64,000 bases of DNA, from contig OY970173.1 in NCBI GenBank assembly GCA_963707635.1, positions 1,696,001 through 1,760,000 of the forward strand. The letters run 5' to 3'. The number at the start of each line of letters is the position of its first letter. The first letter of the stretch is position 1. The DNA comes from Candidatus Latescibacterota bacterium. GTDB lineage: Bacteria; Krumholzibacteriota; Krumholzibacteriia; WVZY01; JAKEHA01. The notes beneath the pieces are model-generated. The model saw only the letters and a list, made by a program, of their open reading frames with translations. It searched no databases and was not told where the DNA came from. The translations under genes and the position numbers were made by a program. Shown here one piece after another: positions 53,284 through 64,000 of this stretch.

Positions 53284-54144
53284 GTGTCAAAAATCGAACG
53301 AGTCTCCGTGATCGGCGCCGGTACCATGGGGGCCGGCATCGCGCAGGTGTTCGCGCACGCGGGTTGCGCGGTCAAGCTCATCGACGTCAATCCCGACCTC
53401 GTCAAACGCGGCGTGGCGACCATCGACACCAGCCTCGAGCGCATGGTGAAGAAGGAATTGATCACCGCCGCCCAGAAGAAGGACACACTCGGGCGCGTGC
53501 GCACCGACGTCGGACTCGACGGGACGACCGGCAGCGAACTGGTGGTCGAGGCGATCAACGAGAATGCCGACCTCAAGAAGCGCGTGTGGAAGGAAGTCGC
53601 GGCGCACGCGGGTGAGCAGGCGATTCTCGCCTCGAATACCTCGTCGATTTCCATCACCGAGCTGGCGTCCGCCGTCCCCGCGCCGCGCCGCTTCATCGGG
53701 ATGCACTTCATGAACCCGGTGCCGGTGATGAAGCTGGTCGAAGTAATCCGCGGGCTCGAGACCGACGACGCCACCACGACGACGACACTGGAGTTGTGCC
53801 GCGCGATGGGGAAGACGCCCGTCGAGGTGAACGACTATCCCGGCTTCGTTTCCAACCGCGTCCTGATGCCGATGATCAACGAGGCGGTCTTCTGCCTGAT
53901 GGAGGGCGTGGCGACGAAGGAAGCGATCGACGAGATAATGAAGCTCGGGATGGCGCACCCGATGGGGCCGCTCGCACTCGCGGACCTGATCGGCCTCGAC
54001 GTGTGCCTGTCCATCATGGAGGTCCTGCACCGCGACCTGGGCGACTCCAAGTACCGCCCGTGCCCGCTACTCAAGAAGATGGTGGCGGCGGGACGCTTGG
54101 GGAAGAAAACGAAGCGCGGGTTTTACGAATACGAGAAAGGGTAA
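53284..54144 (+). CDS. hbd: 3-hydroxybutyryl-CoA dehydrogenase
   Basis: GAGTMG.GIA, ASNTSS, GMHFMNP, PGFVSNR, HPMGPL.LAD.IGLD. Confidence 0.95.
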   Translation: MSKIERVSVIGAGTMGAGIAQVFAHAGCAVKLIDVNPDLVKRGVATIDTSLERMVKKELITAAQKKDTLGRVRTDVGLDGTTGSELVVEAINENADLKKRVWKEVAAHAGEQAILASNTSSISITELASAVPAPRRFIGMHFMNPVPVMKLVEVIRGLETDDATTTTTLELCRAMGKTPVEVNDYPGFVSNRVLMPMINEAVFCLMEGVATKEAIDEIMKLGMAHPMGPLALADLIGLDVCLSIMEVLHRDLGDSKYRPCPLLKKMVAAGRLGKKTKRGFYEYEKG

Positions 54145-54160
54145 TGCGCCCGCGGGGGGC

Positions 54161-54564
54161 CTACTTCCTCTTGTTCTCCACCAGCTCGCACAGCACCCGC
54201 CCCGTCGCCTTGGGATGAATGAAGGCGACCCGCGAACCCTGCTTGCCCGGCCGCGCCACCTGATCGATTAACGGCACGCCCTGCTCGCGCAGCAGCGCCA
54301 GCGCCTCGTCGATGTCCGCGACTTCGAGGGCCACGTGGTGCATGCCCGGCCCGCGTTCGGTGACAAACTTGGTGATCGGGGAGTCCGGCGTGATGCCCTG
54401 GACCAGCTCGATGGCGGTGCCGCCGGTGGCGAGGGTCGCGACGCGAACGCCGTAGCCCGGAATCTCCTCGCGGTGCACCGCCTTCATCCCGAACACGGTC
54501 GCGAACAGCGAAACCGCCGCGTCGAGGTCCGCCACGGCGATCGCGATGTGGTCGATGCCGCGGA

Positions 54565-54568
<4 letters not shown>
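54161..54568 (-). CDS. mce: Methylmalonyl-CoA epimerase
   Basis: [30 protein letters not shown]. Confidence 0.93.
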
Positions 54569-56219
<1,651 letters not shown>

Positions 56220-56220
<1 letters not shown>

Positions 56221-56738
56221 CAGTCCCTCGCGATCGTGACCAGCGCGGTCTGTGATTCGATTTTGTCGCCCGCAGCGACCGCCACCCGCTTGACCACGCC
56301 CGCGACCTCGGTGGTCAGTTCGTTCCGCATCTTCATCGCCTCCATCACGACCACGGCGTCGCCGACGGCGACATGATCGCCCGCCGCGACGGGAACCTGG
56401 ACGACCAGCCCCGGCATGGGCGCCCGGATCACGTGGTCCCCGGTGTGCTTCTGGGCGCGTTCGGCGTCGCGGACCGCGACCAGCAGCTCGTCCAGCACCT
56501 CGACGTCGTAGTGGTGTCCCATCACGCGCGCGTAGTACTCGCCCAGCTCGGGGCGCACCGGCGCGCTCTCGATCAGATACGAGCGACCCTCGATCAACAG
56601 CGAAAACGTGTCGGCGTCGCCGAAGGTCCGGCAATCCACGCCCAGCACGCGCCCGTCGATCTCCACCCGGTAGCGGCCGTTCTCGCGCGACACCAAAATG
56701 ACCTTCTCGCGGCCATCGACGCGCACGATCATTTTCAC
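56220..56738 (-). CDS. Biotin carboxyl carrier protein
   Basis: APMPG, MEAMKM biotinylation motif; GTG overlaps the upstream stop (alternative ATG at 56732). Confidence 0.92.
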
Positions 56739-58237
56739 GCCGGCCACCGCCGGGTTGCTTCGGTGCGCGCGGCCTGTCGCCAGTCCGGGCTGCCGCCGTC
56801 GGCGGTCGCGTATCGAACCGTCCCGCGGTAGTCGTGCGCGGCGATGGCCGCCGCGATGGCGGCGAGCTCGATCTCGTCGTCGCGCTGGTGCAGCTTCGTC
56901 GGATCGAAGCGCGTCTCGATGGTGCCGGTGTGGTAGCTCCCGTCGATGAACGACGGCTCGGCGAGCGCCCACAAGAGGAAGTCGACGTTGGTGCGGATGG
57001 GTTCGCAGCGGTACTCGCGCAGCGCGCGCCGCGCGCGCAGGATCGCTTCCTCGCGCGTGTCCGCCCAGACCACCAGCTTGCCGATCATCGGGTCGTAGTA
57101 GATCGGGATGTCGTAGCCTTCGTAGACGCCGTTGTCGTTGCGCACCCCCGGACCCTGCGGCAGCACCAGCCGCTTGATGCGGCCGATCGAGGGCAGGAAG
57201 TTGTGCGCGGGGTCTTCGGCGTAGATGCGCATCTCGATCGCGTGCCCGCGCAGCACGACGTCGTCCTGCGACAGCGCCAGCTTCTCGCCGGCGGCGATCG
57301 CGATCTGCTGCTTCACCAGGTCGACGCCGTAGATCGCTTCCGTCACCGGGTGCTCCACCTGGAGGCGCGTGTTCATCTCGAGAAAGTAGAAACTGCGCTG
57401 TGCGTCGACGATGAACTCGACCGTCCCGGCGCCGCGATAGCCGACGGCGATCGCGGCCTTGCGCGCCGCCTCCGAGAGCGCCGCGCGCAGCGCGGGTGTC
57501 ACCACCGGCGAGGGAGCCTCTTCGATCACCTTCTGGTAGCGGCGCTGCATCGAGCATTCCCGCTCGCCGTAGCTGAGCGTGGTGTGTCCATCGGCCATCA
57601 CCTGAATCTCGATGTGCTTGGGCTGCTCGATGAGCTTCTCGATGTAGACCGACGGGTCCGAGAACGCGCTCTGCGCCTCGCCCATGGTGAGTTTGAGCGC
57701 GGCGGTGAACTCTTCCGCGCGCCGGACCACGCGCATCCCCTTGCCGCCGCCGCCCGCGGCGGCCTTGATCAGGACGGGGTAGCCCATGGCGGCGGCGACG
57801 CGGCCGGCTTCCTTCGGATCGCCGACGGGGCCGTCGCTGCCGGGGACGATGGGGACGCCCGCTTTCTTCATGGCCGCGCGCGCCTCGAGCTTGTTGCCCA
57901 TGGCGCGAATCGACGCCGGCGGTGGGCCGATGAAGACAAGCTCGTTGTCGAGGCAGGCCTGCGCGAAGTCCGCGTTCTCTGCGAGGAAGCCGTAACCGGG
58001 GTGGACGGCGTCCGCCCCGGCGGCACGCGCGGCGGCGATGATGTTGGCGATGTTGAGATAACTCTCCCGCGCCTCGGAGCCACCCACGGCGTGCGCCTCA
58101 TAGGCCTGCGACACGTGGAGGGCGGTGCGGTCGGCCTCGGAGTAGATCGCGACCGGCGTGATCCCCATCTCCTTGCACGCGCGGGCAACGCGCACGGCGA
58201 TCTCGCCGCGGTTCGCGATCAGGATCTTGTCGAACAT
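56735..58237 (-). CDS. Acyl-CoA (propionyl-CoA) carboxylase, biotin carboxylase subunit
   Basis: [48 protein letters not shown]. Confidence 0.95.
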   Translation of the reverse strand: MFDKILIANRGEIAVRVARACKEMGITPVAIYSEADRTALHVSQAYEAHAVGGSEARESYLNIANIIAAARAAGADAVHPGYGFLAENADFAQACLDNELVFIGPPPASIRAMGNKLEARAAMKKAGVPIVPGSDGPVGDPKEAGRVAAAMGYPVLIKAAAGGGGKGMRVVRRAEEFTAALKLTMGEAQSAFSDPSVYIEKLIEQPKHIEIQVMADGHTTLSYGERECSMQRRYQKVIEEAPSPVVTPALRAALSEAARKAAIAVGYRGAGTVEFIVDAQRSFYFLEMNTRLQVEHPVTEAIYGVDLVKQQIAIAAGEKLALSQDDVVLRGHAIEMRIYAEDPAHNFLPSIGRIKRLVLPQGPGVRNDNGVYEGYDIPIYYDPMIGKLVVWADTREEAILRARRALREYRCEPIRTNVDFLLWALAEPSFIDGSYHTGTIETRFDPTKLHQRDDEIELAAIAAAIAAHDYRGTVRYATADGGSPDWRQAARTEATRRWPA

Positions 58238-58246
58238 GTATCTCCT

Positions 58247-58356
58247 ATTGCGCGCGGGTCCTGTCGCCGACAGCCCGCCGCGGCTCGCTTCGTCCGCGCC
58301 TGCGCACTAGACTCGCTCGCCGCACGGGCGCCCGTCGGCGCCACCCGCGCAGCAAT
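58247..58356. repeat. About 110-bp palindromic, multibranched intercistronic element
   Basis: ATTGCGCGCGGGT (58247-58259) pairs with ACCCGCGCAGCAAT (58343-58356); internal hairpins CTGTC-GCC-GACAG and GGCGCC-CGTC-GGCGCC. Confidence 0.5.
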
Positions 58357-58365
58357 TGCATCTCG

Positions 58366-59919
<1,554 letters not shown>

Positions 59920-60045
59920 GGGGCGCTTCGATACCTGGGCCTCGCCGGCTGGCGGCGGGCAACGGGTGGCGCGAACAACGCCACGACGAGGGGTGCGTCC
60001 GCGGCACCGGTTAACCCACGTTATGGCAAGGAATTAGTTTTGCGG

Positions 60046-60075
60046 ATTGTATTTCGGCGCCCGCGGCGGCGTCAA
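60046..60075 (-). promoter_or_regulatory. Putative sigma70 promoter of the pccB operon
   Basis: Minus strand TTGACG, 18 nt, TACAAT. Confidence 0.65.
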
Positions 60076-60084
60076 TGTTTTCGG

Positions 60085-60114
60085 TTGCCAGTTGCATGTA
60101 ATTGCTGATATTAT
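60085..60114 (+). promoter_or_regulatory. Putative divergent promoter for the lipoprotein and M6 protease genes
   Basis: TTGCCA, 18 nt, TG-A-TATTAT extended -10 in an AT-rich gap. Confidence 0.6.
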
Positions 60115-60166
60115 AGATACGTACGCGGTCCGTGGGGGGCCGCGACTTCACGAACGGGAGGAGAAG

Positions 60167-60781
60167 TTGCGCCGACCGCTTTTGTTTTTTTGGGCTGTAG
60201 TACTGATCGCGGGTGGAATGGGTTGTGGGGACAAGAAAGGGACACAGGAGTCGAACGCGACGGGCGGAACCAGCTCCATCGCGACGAACCAGATCCCGGA
60301 TAGCAACGTGACGTCGACCCCGGGTGAAGCGCTCGGGGAAAACAGCATGAACACCCCCAGGGAAGGGGTGTGGATGCGCCCGTATTTCGACGAAGCCGGG
60401 GCTACCGAGCTGACCGTCTCCGTGGGCGAGGAGTTCGATATCCTCCTGTTCGCAGACACTGTCGAGCCGTATTCCACCAACGCCGCCCAGTTCCGGATGG
60501 ACCTTCCACCCGGCGTCACGGTCAACGGCGTGACGGAGACCGAGGAACGCTCGATCTCGGCGGGTCGCTATGATACCGGGTACATGATCGCCTATAACTG
60601 CCAGCCGGCCGGGAAGTTTCGAATCATCACGTTTCACTGCGTCGCCGAGGCGGGTTTTCGCGGCGGCGAGATCAAATTGGTGGCGGGTGTAGGTGGGGAC
60701 GTGCCTTACCTCGGGTTTTCGACCTGCAATTATCTCGAGCTGGCGGCCAACACCGGGACGGCAACACTCAAGCAGAGGTAG
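60167..60781 (+). CDS. Hypothetical lipoprotein with cohesin-like beta-sandwich
   Basis: GGAGG then TTG; lipobox GMGC; Ser/Thr-rich linker; LTVSVGEEFDI...AAQFRMDLP...ITF...GEIKL strand pattern (fold is inference). Confidence 0.72.
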   Translation: MRRPLLFFWAVVLIAGGMGCGDKKGTQESNATGGTSSIATNQIPDSNVTSTPGEALGENSMNTPREGVWMRPYFDEAGATELTVSVGEEFDILLFADTVEPYSTNAAQFRMDLPPGVTVNGVTETEERSISAGRYDTGYMIAYNCQPAGKFRIITFHCVAEAGFRGGEIKLVAGVGGDVPYLGFSTCNYLELAANTGTATLKQR

Positions 60782-60844
60782 TACGTAGTCACGGATCCAC
60801 GAATTAGCATCCCACGCGTGGGTCAGCACCGAAAGGTTTGCAGC

Positions 60845-63737
60845 ATGAGTCGCGGGGTTGTTCTGGCCGGCCTGCTGGCCGGTGTGTGCCTGGCAGGGTC
60901 TTCGTTCGCCATGACGTCAAAGCGCGACGGGAGTCCGCTCCCGGGGTCGTACTGGCGCGCGAGGGAAAAGGACGCGCGCGCGTTCACGATGAAGCGCGCG
61001 TGGGTGCAGAAGGCGCAGCGCCTTCGGATCGAGCGCGACCGGTATCTGCCGCAGAATCGGAGCCAGACTCCGCTCGCCGCGCTTCCAGCATCGCTCGCGG
61101 TGACCGGGACGATGCGCGTGCCAGTGCTGCCGGGCAAGTATTCCGATATCGCGGCTGTGCCGGTGTCAAGCGCCAGCCTTCAAAACCAACTCTTCGCCAG
61201 CAACCCGACCGGGACTGTCTCTCAGTACTACAACGAAGTGTCTTACGGGCAGCTTGCTGTCACAGGCGACGTGATGGCGTGGACGTCGGTCACGGGCACC
61301 GGGGTGTACTATGAGGGCGGCGTCAACGGGTTGGAACCGCCCGCGCGGACCGGCGAGTTCATCAAGGAGATTCTCGACGTCCGGGACGTCGCGCTGAACT
61401 TCGGGCTCTACGACAACGACGGACCGGACGGGCTCCCCAACTCAGGCGACGACGATGGTTTCGTCGACGCGGTGGTCTTCGTCCACGGCGAGGTTGGCGG
61501 CGAGTGCGGCGGGCCCAACATCATCTCGCATTCGTGGACCTATTCGTCGTGGCCGGCCTCTGGTGGCATTCCGTATACGACCAACGATTCGCGCACCGGC
61601 GGGGGCTTCATCCAGATCGACGACTACGTGATCGCCCCCGCACTCAATTGCGGCGCGGTCGCGCCCTACACCTCGGACGAGATCATCGACATCGGTGTCT
61701 ACTGCCACGAGCTTGGTCACATGCTCGGACTCCCCGACCTCTACGACCGCGACGGGGGGACCAACGGCATCGGCCACTGGGGCCTCATGGGCGCGGGCGT
61801 GTGGAACACGCCGGAACGGCCGGCACACTTCGATGCGTGGTGCCGTTCCGAGCTGGGCTGGGTGTCCCCCATCGACGTGGGCTGGCAGGCCACCACCGTC
61901 GCCATTCCCAACGTCGAACAGAATGCGGCGGTGTACCGCCTTCCATTCACCGACGAGCGTTTTCGCCGCATGACGGCGTGTGCGATCAACGGGTCGTATT
62001 CGATGTACTGCGGGTTGACCGCGGCCGAGGGCACGACGCGCGGCTGGGCGTCTCCGGGGCCGGTCGGCGGCTATGGCTCCAACTGGCACCAGACCCTCGA
62101 GCGCGACTTCGTATACTCGGGCAGCGGGTCGGTTTCGTTTCAGTACGACTATTCCTACGACCTCGAGCTGGGGTACGACTTCGCCTACGCGCTCGTCGAG
62201 GTCAACGGCACCGAGTACACCCTGGCGACCTACTCCGGCACCGGCGCAGGAACCGCGACCATCGACGTGACACCGCGCCTGGCGCCGCTCGCGGGTGCGG
62301 GAGGCACCTACACGCTCAAGTTCCGCGCCACCAGCGATTACTCGTTCGACGACTCGGACGGCCAGGACCCTTCCTCGTGCGGAGCGTTCGTGGTCGACGA
62401 TGTGAGCGTGAACGGCGGCGGAACCGCATACGCGACCGACTTCGAAACCCGCGCAGACGGCTGGTATCAGGACCCGTCCGAAAACCCATCGTCGGAGTAC
62501 TGGCTGGTCGAGAATCGACGCCGGCTCGGGTTCGATCAGAATCTGCACGGCGAAGGGCTCCTCATCTGGCACGTCGACAACGAAGTGCTGCACGCTCCGC
62601 TCGCGGTCAACGACGGCACGGGGGGAAACGTGCGCGGCCTGGTGCTGGAGGAAGCGGACGGCTACGACATGACGGGGAGCAACAACGGCGAGGCCGAGGA
62701 CGCGTACCCGGGCCCGCTCAACAAGACCTCGTTCACCTCGCTCACGACACCGAACAGCACGGATAACACCGGGCGCAGCACGCGCATCGAAGTGACCAAC
62801 ATCGGGCCGTCGCGGGTCGATCGCATCGGCGACGCTTCGGGCCGGCGACGCGGGTCCGACCGGATCCGCGGTGGATCCAATCTCCATCGACAACGACCAG
62901 GTCGCCGTGGTGGTGGAGATCGCCGGCACCGGGTTGAAACACGGCGCGACCATCCTGCTTTCGCTCAGCGGGGGAGCCGCCAGTGCCCCGGGCGACAACA
63001 CCGACGGCGAGGACGTCGTCGCGACCTCGCTGGAGTGGGTCGACCCCACCTTGATTCGCGGCACCGTGAATGTGTACTCGAAGACGCCCGGACTCTGGGA
63101 CGTGATCGTCACCAACCCCGACGGGCAGTGGTTCTCGCTCCCGGGTGCTGTGACGATCAAGTACGTGGTGGCGACGCAACTGGTCTCCGCGTCGGTCGAC
63201 GTCGTGGGCGACGGCGTGCGGCTGCGCTATCAACTCACGGGCCGCGAACCGGGGGAAGTATTGCGCCTGTATCGGTCCGAACGGCAGAACGGCGGCTGGA
63301 CCGTGATCGCGGGCGACCTGCAGCCGGTGCACGCGGAGAGCTATCAGTTCGTCGACGACGACGTCGCGGCGGGTGCCACCTACTACTACCTGCTGGAGTC
63401 GCGCCTGGAGACCGGTGAGGCCCGCGAGCTGCATCGCGGGGTCGCGGTCGTGCCGGCGCGGGAGATGGTCCTCGAACAGAATCACCCCAACCCGTTCAAC
63501 CCGACGACGTCGATTCGTCTCTATCTGCCGGCGCGCACCGACGTCGCGCTCGACGTCTACGACGTGACCGGCGCGCTGGTGCGGCGCCTGGCGAGCGGGA
63601 CGTTCGATTCGGGCTCACACGTGGTGGAGTGGGACGGCACCGACGCGAACGGACGCCCGGTTGCGTCGGGAGTGTACATCTATCGCATCGTTGCCGACCG
63701 CCACTCGATCAGCCGCAAGATGATGCTGCTGAAGTAA
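60845..63737 (+). CDS. M6 family (immune inhibitor A-like) metalloprotease with Ig-like domains and FlgD-Ig/T9SS-like C-terminal domain; frameshift near 62813
   Basis: Signal peptide; YY.EVSYG, HELGHMLGLPDLYD, W.LM..G.W, EYWLVENR, GLLIWHVD; after the shift VTNPDGQ and QNHPNPFNP...WDG.D..G..VASGVY.YR...RKMMLLK. Confidence 0.92.
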
Positions 63738-63763
63738 TCCTCGATTCCTCGATCTCGAAAGTG

Positions 63764-63808
63764 ACCCGGTCTTCGAGCCCCGAAGGGCGCTTCGCTGACC
63801 GGGTTTTT
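63764..63808 (+). terminator. Intrinsic terminator
   Basis: ACCCGGTC...GACCGGGT stem with inner GCCC-CGAA-GGGC hairpin followed by a T run, just after the protease stop. Confidence 0.7.
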
Positions 63809-63811
63809 CAT

Positions 63812-64000
63812 TTGGGCAAGAGTGAGCGATCACAAGGGCGCTGGGTGACGGCGTGGATCGAATTTCCTCGAGGGTACAACGCTCGCGACGTTGACCTCGC
63901 CTCCATCCGGCTCAACCAGAGTGTCTCCGCGGTGTCGATGAAGGTGGCAGGGAGGAAATGGTTGCGGGTCAAGTTCGACCGCGGCGACGTAATCGCTGCG
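63812..64000 (+). CDS. Partial or fragmentary ORF running off the window
   Basis: Open frame SQGRWVTAWIEFPRGYNARDVDLASIRLN...LRVKFDRGDV resembles an accessory module of secreted proteins; no signal peptide or clear RBS. Confidence 0.45.
   Translation, partial: MGKSERSQGRWVTAWIEFPRGYNARDVDLASIRLNQSVSAVSMKVAGRKWLRVKFDRGDVIAA

Overview
High-GC bacterial chromosomal segment, mostly core genes. The contiguous rplM-rpsI-rpsB-tsf order, a FlgD-Ig/T9SS-like C-terminal domain and a C-terminal 'TWGxxKxLY' tail suggest an FCB-superphylum lineage such as Krumholzibacteria/Latescibacteria/Eisenbacteria (inference). Contents in order: (i) small metabolic and envelope genes (SDR, 2Fe-2S ferredoxin, glpD, thyX, a minimal SerK/ParB-fold protein, an LpoB-like/COG3014 lipoprotein pair, a YyaL-family protein); (ii) a 12-gene, ~13 kb respiratory operon behind a clean sigma70 promoter with a Rex-like operator, encoding an A2-type heme-copper oxidase (sco-coxI-III-IV-II-ctaB), a polytopic membrane protein fused to cytochrome c, and an alternative complex III (actA-B-C-D-F, no actE) whose ActB keeps the FS0 cysteines; (iii) rplM-rpsI-(t44 leader)-rpsB-tsf-pyrH-frr-uppS-cdsA-dxr-rseP; (iv) TamA-like, TamB and a peptidase/propeller/Omp85 fusion; (v) pcrA-gatCAB; (vi) a three-gene islet including an apparently circularly permuted alkaline-phosphatase-family enzyme; (vii) two convergent acyl-CoA/propionyl-CoA/B12-mutase operons; (viii) secreted proteins (lamin-tail protein, cohesin-like lipoprotein, M6 protease). 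Past ~45.4 kb seven genes are frame-broken in a way repaired by removing single extra bases, most likely sequencing errors. I saw no rRNA, tRNA, CRISPR array or mobile element.
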